64,000 bases of DNA, taken from the NCBI GenBank assembly GCA_030704615.1, contig CM060734.1, positions 19,344,001 through 19,408,000 of the forward strand, in the 5' to 3' direction. The notes below the pieces were generated by a model that saw nothing but the letters and a program-made list of their open reading frames with translations, was not told where the DNA came from and made no database searches. Below are positions 51,090 to 62,117 of the stretch, one piece after another (the first letter of the stretch is position 1; every line of letters begins with the position of its first letter). The position numbers and the translations under genes were made by a program. The DNA comes from Takakia lepidozioides. Taxonomy: Eukaryota; Plantae; Bryophyta.

Positions 51090-51909
51090 CATACTATATT
51101 ATTAGATAAACCTAAATGTACCTTAAATGAATGTTAATGAGAGAGGTGGGAAAAACACTCACCTTTGCCGCATCCGCAATCTTGTTATTCTTGTAATGTT
51201 TTTCGACAACATGCGGTCGCCGCCTTGGTGGTCTGGTGCCGCCCGGCGGTATCCGTTCCCAACACTTAGTGCACCAACACTCAATCCCGTCGGGGGGGTC
51301 AAAGGTGGACGTGGTTGGACGGGGTGGCGAGGGGGCAGCCCGCGGCGCGCCTGACTCGATCCCAGAGTGTCAACATCCTCCGCATCACCTGAAATTTGGC
51401 CCCAGTCCCTTCTACGATTGTGCCCGGCAGCCTGTATTGGATCAGGTGCAATGGATGGCTCCCCGCCACGAAAACCGGTCGCTCTAGGGCCACAATCGAT
51501 ATGTGGTACTATCTCCCCATCGTCGAGGGAGACGGGTTGATGTTTCCTCACCATCGCATCATAATTAACACACACCACCAACACTTTCATTTCTCAAAAA
51601 CCGTTGGCGAAAAACCCTATGCCTCAGCCTCGGGGCTTTCGAAATTGGTAACCAAAGGCGGAGCATCCCTATGGTGCTAGAGAGCCCAAGACAATAAATC
51701 CTTCCTCACGTTCTATCTTCAAAATGCCCACACCACGGAAAAATTTATTGAGACCCAACGCTTTGCGCTTATCAGATTGAACCACATTTTGGGTATGTGA
51801 ATCCTAATTACACCGTTTATCCTTTCAACCCCAAGACCCACAACCAAAACTGCCAATCCAAAACCCAGCACCATAAAGAAAAGCAAACACCCTAACCCAG
51901 TACCATATG

Positions 51910-51940
<31 letters not shown>

Positions 51941-52250
51941 AAGAACCCCAAAAGGCCCTAAACCCTAAACCCAAAAAGGTCGGCCGTCGCCTTCTGCGAC
52001 CCTCCTGCGACACCCTCGCGTCGCATTTGGCGACGTGTTTTTTCAAATTTTTAGCCGGGGGTCGCACCCCGCGACAGAAAGCCGTCGCGGGAGGCGGCGT
52101 GTTTTTTTTAATTTATGGGGCCGGGGGTTGCAAGCAGCGACGGCCCGCCGTCGCGAATACCATTTGTACATTTCAAAAAAATGGTGGGGCACAGGCGTGC
52201 AACGGCCGGGCGTCGCACGTAGGCGCCGCGCCCTTTTTTTTTCCCAAGTG
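51090..52250 (-). mobile_element. Probable CACTA-like terminal fragment with GTCGC/GCGAC subterminal repeats and a first coding exon
   Basis: Minus strand begins CACTTGGGAAAAAAAAA at 52250; more than 10 GTCGC/GCGAC motifs in both orientations at 51985-52217; telomere-like ccctaaaccctaaa at 51956; ORF 51590-51162 ends at an AG/GTGAGT donor. Confidence 0.5.
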
Positions 52251-52738
52251 CTTGAAGCACCTCCTTCCCCTCCTGTTTTCGTTTGTTCTTTGGGAGAGAG
52301 GTAGTTCAGAGAGTGGGGTTTAGGGTGGAGGAGAAACGCACCTGCTGCTGAGCCCAAAGTGGTTGCAAGGCCCCAAGGCGTTAGCCCCAACGCCGCTCCA
52401 ACGGCCAAGGTAATCATCGCCTCCTCCCTCACTCTCTCTTGTTTTCTTGCCCTAAGCACGGGCTAATCTCTCTCTCCCTTGTGTGGTAGAAACGCCGCGC
52501 AGAGATGGGATGTAAACGAGCTGAAGAGAGAGAGAGTTGTGGTGAGCGGGGGAGAGACGCCCTGCAGCGGCGAGGACCCGCGCCGTTGGCAGCCGCGACA
52601 ACACCGCAGCAACTCGCTTGAAGCAGCAGCAGCAGCAGAGATAGGTCAGGATGGGGAGATCGAAAAATGGTCTGTATTGTCATGTGGGATCAAGGGAAAG
52701 ATGTCAAGAGTTGTCCATAACTTGTATGTCACATCAAA

Positions 52739-52773
<35 letters not shown>

Positions 52774-52828
52774 GAGATGACAAAACAAAACCAAAAAAAA
52801 AAAAGTTGGAGGGGGGAGTTACTGAGCA

Positions 52829-53404
52829 GAAGGGGCTGGGCTTTTGGCTCCGCCTCGAGACTTTCAAAGTTGGTAAACAGAGGTACATGCACAATTCCCT
52901 TGATAGATTTGAAGAAAGCGTCTCTTTGTTGAGAGAACCCCGGACATCATAAAATGAATGTTGTCTTCAGGTTGCCCACGCAACAGGCAATTGCACTCTC
53001 CCTTTCCTCTCTGCTTCTGTTTATTGTTCAAAGGTAGGCTTCCTGCCTTGAGTTTAAATTTCAGTCTGGTGCCAAGAGTGGGATAGACCCTTGAGCGCAT
53101 CCATGATGTCATCCCCCATGTCACAGACTGGAAACAGGTTCACGGAAGTTTTCTTCCTAACTTCATTTTCATCGGACAATTTTCTGGTAACAAACATGGC
53201 TTTGGACACTACACTCTCTAAGTCAGGTTTATCCAGCAAGGTCCAGATTCAGATCCTTGAGAATCTCTTCTACTCTCTTCTGCCAGGGCTTAGCCTGTTT
53301 GACAGGGCGGTCCTGTTTCCAAGATGTAGAGCCGATTAACTTAGGATATCTAGTGTTGGACATATGTTGCAGCTGAACCCACCATCTGACTTGAATTTAT
53401 CTCG
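52829..53404 (-). mobile_element. LINE family 2 fragment lodged in a palindrome cassette
   Basis: [44 protein letters not shown]. Confidence 0.82.
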
Positions 53405-53469
53405 TGCTGCCGCTGCTGAGTCACTCCCCCCCCCACATTCTCTTTTTCCTTTGTTGCCCCCTCTCTTGG

Positions 53470-54230
53470 GGAAACAAAAGGGACAGATCCTACCTCTGTC
53501 AGGGGCTGACCTTGGTAGTAAGACTTACCTTCACATATAGAATTAAATCCGGGTTTTCCAGATATCCTCTAGAAATCCCTTCACACAAGCATCAATCTGC
53601 TCTATGTGATTTGCCCAAAACCTAGGCCTCAGAAGGGGCTGGGCTTTTGGCTCAGCCTCGAGAATTTCAAAGTTAGTAAACAGAGGTACATGCACAATTC
53701 CCTTGATAGATTTGAAGAGAGCGTCTCTTTGGTGAGAGAACCCCGGACAGTGTATCAGAAAATGAATATTGTCTTCAGGTTGCCCACACAACGGGCAATT
53801 GCACTCTCCCTTTCCTCTCTGCTTCTGTTTGCTTATCAAAGGTAGGCTTCCTGCCCTGAGTTTAAATTTCAGTCTAGTGCCGAGAGTGGGTAGACCCTTG
53901 AGGTCATCCAAGATGTCCTCCCCCATGTCATAGACTGGAAACAAGTTCAGGGAAGTTTTTTGCCTAACTTCATTTTTATCAGACAATCTCATGGCAACAG
54001 ACATGGCTGGACACCACAGCCTCTAAGTCAGATTTATCCAGCAGGGTGAAGACTGCGGTTCCAGGTCCAGGTCCTTGAGAATCTCTTCTACTGTCTTCTG
54101 CCAGGACTTAGCCTGTTTGACAGGGCGGTGGGTAGTCTTGTTTCCAAGATATAGAGTCGATTAACTTAGGATATCTGGTGTTGGACATATGCTGCAGCTA
54201 ACCCCACCATCTGACCTTAAACTCATCTCG
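53470..54230 (-). mobile_element. LINE family 2 fragment
   Basis: ORF 53543-54004: [45 protein letters not shown]. Confidence 0.85.
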
Positions 54231-54244
54231 TCGGGAGCTTAAAA

Positions 54245-54460
54245 GAGAGGGACAGAGAGGGACAGAGAGAGGGAGTGAGATGGAGAGATCAAGAAACGGC
54301 GAAAAAAAAAAATTTAAAAATTTAAAAAAAAAAATTGGGGGGTGGGGGGTGACTGAGCAGCAGCTGCTCGGTCACCCCCCACCCCACCTTTTTTTTTTTT
54401 TTTCTTTGTTGCCCCCTCTCTCCTCTGTCTCCCTCCTCGGAATTGGCTGGTTGCATCAGT
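54245..54460. repeat. Palindromic hairpin cassette (copy 2)
   Basis: GA-rich, A-run, G-run, GTGACTGAGCAGCAGCTGCTCGGTCAC, C-run, T-run, CT-rich. Confidence 0.8.
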
Positions 54461-57400
54461 TTTTTTCATGATTTTCCATCTATACCAGATAGACTCTAAA
54501 CAGTGTTTTCACCAGCCTTATAAAGGTTTTCTATCCATACCGGAAGAATCACCTGGGTGGACACTAAAATACCTCTAAAAATGACCTATAATTTTTCATT
54601 ACTCTTTTATTGACTTTTATCTATACCAAATGAGTCACCAGAGAATGAGGAATTCCCTTCGTAGGGGTTGTGACGCTGGCATCCTATCTATAATTTTTCC
54701 ATCCATATCGGATGAAAAATACCAGGATAATAATTCATGTTATTCCTCCTTTATGCCTTTTTTTTCCGTACTGGATGAAGTTTTTTTTTAAGGGGATGGT
54801 GAATTACCTGCTAGGATGAGAAACCGATGCCTTGGATGATATGTACTGTTTTTTCATCCTACTGATGGACCTTCTCCAACTTGATGAACTTATTACCTTT
54901 ATTCATCTAAACCAGATGAAAAATGCAGCTTATGATGACCCTGGAGAATTGTTTAATTACCCTTAATTATGCCTAATTAAGGAGTAAAATCCTAACCCCT
55001 ACCCTATAACCTACGGTTTAAACCTAGCTAACGGATGACATCCGTCGGGTTTTTGAGTTAAAGGGTGTTGATTATTCATCCCCCGCGGATGAAAAATCGG
55101 GCTTTGCCCTGGGGTGTCTCTCCCGCCGTCAGCTGCACTCCTCGTGCTGCTGTGCTCGCGGGCTGAGAGTTATGGCGTCTGAGCTCTGCTGCTACCCTGT
55201 CTGGTGCTTCGTGCCCATGCCGGACGAGCTCCTGGGGATGCGCAATGGCGGCGTCTTGTCTCTTCTCACAGGCGGGAGACCCCATTGTGATGGCATCATC
55301 TCTTTCCCTCCTCTGGCTTTTATGTTTCGCAGCGGCGCTTGGGTGGGGAAGTATATTTGTCTCTCTCCCTTCTTAAACCTAGCATTTGTATGCTTCGCTT
55401 CTCCTTAGCTGTGCTGGAGGTTGCTTGCTGGTGGCGATGGCGCAGAGTTACCTTCCCCAATCGCTCAAGGTGCTTTTGGTGATTAGGGTTCCTTTTACTT
55501 CATGTCTTTCTCTCTTGTTTTTTGGGGTTCTTAGTTGACATCGATGACAAGTGTAGGGGTCTGTGATTCACTGGGGGGTTCCACAATCCTCACTAACCCA
55601 TTGGTTTTTGTGGGGGCTTGTGATGGGACCAGGTGAGGATCCCTACCTACTTTGAATTCTCTTGAGCTTGCAGATAAGGATGTGTGCAAAAGGAACATAC
55701 TGCTGCTGCCTGCAGCCCCGATTTCGGCCCGCTTGCTCCCGGTTTGACATGATGATGCGTGCTTTTGACCTATCTTTTGCTGCTGCTGATGGAGCATTCC
55801 GGCCTGGCAGCTTTGTCTCATGCAACACAGCGTGTGAATCCTACCCTGTCTTGAATCTTTGACAACTTTGCCTGTGGATTTTTAGACTAGGTTCTTTTTT
55901 TGGCCTTAAAAGAGGATTGATGGTGCAAGGGTAAAGTCATCAGTGGTTGTTTGGCTCTAAGGATGAGGAGGTCTGGTTTTTGTTAAAGAAGACAGCCTGA
56001 TAAGGCAATGACAGGCCTTTTTCAGACCTGGATTTGTTGTGGAATGGAGCATAGTGAGGTCTATTTGCAAACGATGGCATTAGCCTCCTGTGAAACAATG
56101 ACGGTAAGCTCTAAAGGACTCTGGCCAGTGATTAGTTACTTTATTTTGCCATATGAACAGCCACCTGCATTGTATGATGTATCTTGGCCAAGAGGACTTG
56201 GTCTTGGGCACTCAAATTGTATGTGTGTCCATATCTGGATGCTGTAACAGGGCAGGCCTTTCTTCCATGCCAAAATGCCTTACATGATGCATATCTTGGG
56301 GCAACTGTACATGATATAGAATGAAGTTGCAGTCAGTTTTGTCAAGCCCAAAGTGTTCACTTGGTTGCATGTTTGGAGTCTGATTTACTACAGGCTCGGC
56401 CAGCAAAGAGTCCTATGTGCACAGGTCCTGAACATGTATAATGACAGGCTGTTCTTACATACCCAGAAGGCCTTGCATGATGCATGCTTTGGGGTGCTTA
56501 CATTTGGCCAAATGTGAAGCTGCAATATGGCTTGCCATGCGCAAGAAGTGTACTTGGTGGCAGGCGAAGTGTAATTAATTGCAGGCTGGTCCTTCCTGCT
56601 GTCGGGGTGAACACTCCCTGAATGTGTTGTAGGGCAGGCTGTTCTTACCTACTTTGCATAATGCTTGTCTTGGATCACCTCAAGGTACTTGTGTATACAT
56701 ATCTTGGATCGGTAATGTGGCAAGATATTCTTATATGCCCATGATATTTTGTATGGTGCATATCTTATGGATAACTATGGATGATGTAATCTGAGGCTGA
56801 AATCTGACTTATATTGTGCAAGAGGGTCACTTGGGTACATGACAGGAATCTGATTATGAACGTACCCCCCCCTCCCACCCTGTTTTATCATGACTGAATG
56901 GGTGGCATCACTTGGTGTGCTATGACAAGACTAGAAATGTTAGATGGTGCCCTGTCATGGGGCTGTTTATGTCTTTAATTGACAATGACCCTAGTTGGTA
57001 TTGTCCATGTCTTGACATGACATGAATATCTTCCCACTCTTCATGTTCCAGTGTACTTAGTGGTTTTTGTACACACTATCTACCGTCTTCCCTTCTTGTT
57101 ATTGCCTCACTAGTGTGACTTACTAACAAGTTGCTTGGATGGCCTGGCAGAAAGCCAACAAGGCCATATCTGAGTGGAAAGATGAGCTTAAGGCCCTTGG
57201 ATATTAGCTATTCCAGCAGTGCAAGCCACATTTGCACAAGTCAAATCAGGTGAATTTCATGCTGTTGTACAAAAGCTGCTGGTGATAACCGACCTGTCTT
57301 ATTACTTGAAACACTAGCTTTGGAGGACTGGGTTGCTCTTGGCATTATGGTAAACAAGAATGGGATGTGGCTGGAAAAACTCCAGAAATACCACTCTAGG

Positions 57401-59710
57401 TTATTGGAAGTATTGGAGGATGATGCTACTGAGATTGCTGCTTGGGAAAAGAAAGGCTCCTCAATTGAGGATGCCCTTCGGCTGGCTAACAATGAAGATG
57501 CCTTACCTGTGTCCACCTAGAAGTCCTCGACCACTGTTGAAAAGGAATTTGTACCCACAGTGAGCAATCACCCAATTTTGGGTTTTATGGACGTACCGGA
57601 TGAAGAGAAGGAGGCTATAAAAGACTTTTTTGATCAGGTCGTGCTTTCTCAAGTGGAACAGGATCGGGTTGCAGGGGCTACACCAGGTAACCAGCAATTC
57701 GTCCCCTGGTTACCCCCTAGGGCAGTTGAGCTTGAGGTTGCCAATAATGACCATATGATGTGGCATACATTGGCCAACATCAATCTGCTGGCCCCTATTT
57801 CGGTTGATATGTGGGTCAAATGGGGCAACATAACACCAACCGAACGAAACCGATGTGCACAGGATGCCAAAGACAGCTTCCAAAGGTTCAAAAAAGAGCC
57901 AATCACCTTGCATGGCCTCTACGGACCTTCTACTATAAACTTTGTGACCAAGGTGAGAACTTGACCTTGCGAACCAAGAATGACTTACCGCAAAAGAGAG
58001 GGAAGATATACATGTCATGTCAAGACATGGACAAGACCGCTAAGGTCATTGTCATTGAAAGACAAAACAGCCCTTTACAGGGCACCATCTAACATTCCCT
58101 TTCATGTTTACAATCTCATTTGAATACCCCATTACATTTCAGGGTCTCTGAAAAAACAGGGCGGGAGGGTGGGATTTCAGGTCATTCATATCATGAAAGC
58201 ACCATAGTATGCATCATCATCTCAAAAATTCATTTCAAACTTATTTCAAAAACCAGATTGCAGGTTTGGTTTGAAGATGATGTTTTAGAACCAAGATATA
58301 AGCAAGATTCTTAAAAAGGAAGAAGAAACAAAAGGGTAGAGCCCCCTTAAGCAGGTATAGGCCTAGCATGGTATTTTAAGGCCTCATAAAATAGTTTTGC
58401 CAAGGTGAAAGAGCAGCTCAGAAACCCCTGTTTGTTGTCAAGCCATGAAACCAAAATGATATGAGGGCCTTGAAGAATGTGTGTTATCTATCAAAGCCTA
58501 TCCTTTTGATCCATCAGAGTCATACCAAGAAGTTTCATTTCAGAGCCAAGTATCAAGGCAGTCAGAGTATTAACTGCTATTTTGTATCCTTGTATCTTTC
58601 AGCTTAACTCCTACACATGCAAATGTGGTTGTAAAAAACCAGAAACAAGGGTAAGGAGAGAAGCAGATCCTCATTGGAGCCATCTTGGAACAGGTCTGAA
58701 GCGGCATGGTGGCAGTTTGAAATAGTAGATGGCATCAGCAGCATAGGCAGTAGCAGAATCCACATTTGCAAGAACAGGAGCTACAAGCTTTCAAGAAATC
58801 AAGACAAGTGAAGACCCTCACATGTGCCCGTCCCAAAAACCACCACATAGCGATGTGTGTTAGTGAAGATGCAGCAAATAAATGGCAGGTCTTCACAGTT
58901 GCTATCCATGTCAGTGATGAATTCTAAAGCAAGTACAGATCACAATTCAAGCAAGGGTAAACTCAAAAAACCTTGAGTGTTTGTGGTATGCCCTGCGCCA
59001 TGGCGTCCAACAGATCGTCTCCAACAGAACGCAATCAGAGTAGAAGCGTTCACAGATAGAGAATGGCTCATACACAAAGAGAGAGCAACATGTAATCTGT
59101 AGATAAATTAGGGATAGAGTACTTCCCAACAAGGAGTAAAAGCGCCGCTGCAAAATAAAGAACCATGTGTTTCTGATCAAAGCGATCACCGCTTTGTCGT
59201 CTGCCAGAGAAGAATCTGTTTAACCACCAATGCGCATCCCAAGAGCCAGCCATCACGAGTACCATGTAGCAGCAGGGGAGCAGGTTTATACGGCGCATCA
59301 TCAAGGTTCACTGAAGCACGAGTTCAGTGCTGTGAAGTGTGTCGGCCTGCTTAGGGCAAAACTTCCCGAATTTTCATCCAGGGTGGATGAAAAATCACAT
59401 TTTACCAAGAGAGGCACTTTGTCAATGGATGACATCCCATAGAAATGTATCTTTTAGGGTTATGGTATAGGCTTAGGTTTAATAACTGCCATCATTTATG
59501 ATGGTAGTTTTATTATTCTCTTGGATTTTATAATAGGTAACCATTATTTATGTAGATCATCCAGTTTAGATGAAAGAAATAGATGGTAAATCCAGCTTTC
59601 TGTACATTAAGTTTCATCACCCTATAATAAAATCATCCAGATTTGGATGAAAAAGGCTGGGATGAAAAACTAAATAACCTCAAAAGGTTAAGGCCAGATG
59701 AAATCCAAAG
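54440..59710. mobile_element. Putative DNA transposon with long imperfect inverted arms (54900-55092 versus 59366-59580)
   Basis: The reverse complement of 54900-55092 (cccgatttttcatcc....ggatgaa.aatca..ggatgtcatcc..ggtta...tagg..ttagg..tcatctggtttagatgaa) aligns with 59366-59580. Exact termini and TSD not found. Confidence 0.6.
57130..57952 (+). pseudogene. Decayed coding sequence of unknown family inside the inverted-arm element
   Basis: ORFs 57320-57520 and 57560-57964 are in the same frame, broken by one TAG (57518-57520), about 210 codons with protein-like composition, ending at an AAG/GTGAG donor near 57952. A probable upstream exon reads AWMAWQKANKAISEWKDELKALGY*. Confidence 0.55.
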
Positions 59711-59715
59711 AGTTA

Positions 59716-59910
59716 TAGAGGGAGAGGGAGAGAGGGAGAGAGAGGGAGAGATCAGGGAAAAAAATAAAAATAAAAATGGTGGGGGTGGGTTTGGGGGGAG
59801 TGACTGAGCAGCTGCTCAGTCACTCTCCCCCCATTTTATTTTATTTTTCTTTGATGCCCCCTCTCTCCCTATGTCTCCCTTTATCCTTGGAATTGGCCGG
59901 TTTTATCAGT
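59716..59910. repeat. Palindromic hairpin cassette (copy 3)
   Basis: Perfect 28-bp palindrome GAGTGACTGAGCAGCTGCTCAGTCACTC at 59798-59825 with complementary flanks. Confidence 0.85.
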
Positions 59911-61101
59911 GTGATGCGTCGTTCACTACGTATATTGCAGCCACGACTGATGCCCAAGCTCGCAATCACATTGCACAGGAGGCATTTCGCGCCGGTCTAC
60001 TTGCAGAATTTGTGCCAGAGCATGTGCCCGATGTGACCAGTTGGTTCCCCCAGCAGCACGTAGATTAGATGCGTAGGATCGAGGGGTATTGTAGGTGTCG
60101 TACGCGTTATGGCTGGCGACGAGCAGGCCCACCTTCCCCCTCCAATTTCCTCAGGCGGTCCCCCTGATCCAGTGTCCTCATCTGATGATTATCCGCACCG
60201 TACATACAGTAGCAGCTTGTAGGCCGATTGTGCCCCCGTCTGTTTCTTTGTCTGATCCACCTCCGGTAGTACCTGATCCGGACGTTGTACCCCCGGCTGC
60301 ACCTCCGACATTACATCCTCAATCACCTCCACTTTCATCTCCACCGCCAGCAGTACCACCTCCACCTCCACCTCCACGTGCATGTGCCCCCCGAACCCCT
60401 AGGAGGGGTCGGCTTTGCCTTAGGTTTCCTCTCCTTCGGCTTGGGCGGCCTGAGCCGGATCCTCGCCCTCGATGGGAAGCGCATATAACTATGTTACTAA
60501 AGACCGTCCGGCCTTGTTGTTGGGGGAATCATCTCGACCCTCCCACCCCCATCCGAGAGAATGTGGAGTTCGAGTATTGGGGGAGACGACATGTTGTGAG
60601 AGCCGCTACAGACCCTACTATGGGTCGGGGTTTATTCACGGTCAATGATATTGTGGTTCCTCCTCGGAGAAACAACATGGTGGACTTGTTTCCCTACTAC
60701 AGTCCATACTACACCTCCGCGGAGTTCCGTACATTATGCCTCGAAGCCCCATACATCCTACCCTACATTTTGTGTGTCAACGGACAAGATGTACGTAGAC
60801 GGGGGTTGTCTCCCATTGAAATCAGACATCTTCTTTTGGTCATCCTAGGAGAACCAATGTAGTATGAGACGAGCGAAGTGATGGGCATGAGAGTTTTTGT
60901 GGTCATACGTCGGTATACTGTGAGGGGATGCACATATTTGTGATGACATGTGCTAGTAGGACTATTAGGGCTGGCGGCGAACTATTTGCATCATACGAGT
61001 TCTCCCGGGATGATTGGGACCTCCAATTACAACGTGAGTGGGATGTGTATGATAGAAATAGGGTTCCTTTGAGACATGGATCACGTAGAGGGGCATTGTA
61101 G
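59911..61101 (+). pseudogene. Decayed SET-domain-like gene with Pro-rich linker
   Basis: MGRGLFT..DI (SET motif I-like, 60620-60651) and LFPYYSPYY; after a frameshift near 60825, SSFGHPRRTNVV*(TGA 60865-60867) and VMTCASRTIRAGGELFASY (motif IV-like A.R.I..G.EL...Y, 60952-60996); stop at 61099-61101. Confidence 0.65.
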
Positions 61102-62117
61102 ATATTCTCATGATGTAATTGTATACATCCGATTAATCGATTTGTGTAAAAAAAATTCTTGTAGCTCGTGTGGGTTGCAACTTTGCATATGTGATCTAAA
61201 CATACTTATGTACATGTGGACCAAATATGAGCTTGAACCAAGTTGATTCAATGGGTCATTCTAGTGTTGAACGCAACTACGTGTCGTAGAGACGGAAAAT
61301 TGCGTTTCGCCTGCACATGATTTTTTTTTAATTCCATTTTTAAGTCATATGCTTAATGATAGCATATGCAATGTGCGTGCAAAATTTGGGAGTAAACAAA
61401 AGTCATTTGGACCCATAACCATATTTTTGTTCTCTCATTTACACTCCAAAGTTGAGTTATCTTCAATTTCATGCACTCTTCATAGAGAGTTCTGCAAAAG
61501 TGACCCTAGAAACACACTTATTTTTTTTCCATTTTTTTTTTTTTTGCATGGATGGCATGGATGTAGTGGTGCAAAGCCAGATGTCACAAAACAAAATAGA
61601 GCTAAAAATAAAATCATTACGCCCCTCAAAACCGCAATCATATATTTTCTAAATACAATTTTATTTTATTTTTAAATTCGATTTAATTAAAAATTGGTGC
61701 AAGGGTGAGTGCGTCGTTGGGGAGGCAAATGTTTTTTTTATTTTTTTTATTTTTTTTTATTTTTTTCTGCTGGATCTTTATACAGGTGTTGCACACATAA
61801 TTAACCTCATGTAGGAAAAAGTGAAGCTTGAGCCACATCCGTTTGATGGGTGCAATGGCATGAGAGGATTTTTTTTCACATTAACAAAAAAAAAATCGGT
61901 TGATAGGGTGAACGCGTCCTTGGGGAGACAAATGCTTTTGTTTGGGTTTGAAACTTTGCATGCGTGACGTTGCGCACATACATGTAATTATTGAATTACA
62001 TATTTGATGCACACACACATTGAAGGTTATTGTTTGCATTTCGCTTATAATGAGTTGTATGGTTGCAAAGACACATTATAATATATGTCCATATGTTCAT
62101 TTGTTTGTATCAGGACT

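Noticed and set aside
51590-51700. GIGFFA peptide on the minus strand suggesting a second SET motif I
   Set aside because: Surrounded by stops and no matching C-terminal SET motif; likely chance.
52260-52740. GC-rich stretch with (GCA)n and ORFs that might be the RDR first exon
   Set aside because: No RDR-like peptide in the frames examined and no convincing splice link to 48763.
61688-61945. Degenerate 200-bp-period direct repeat (gggtga..gcgtc.ttgggga..caaatg)
   Set aside because: Ordinary internal repeat of the CACTA region; no further signal.
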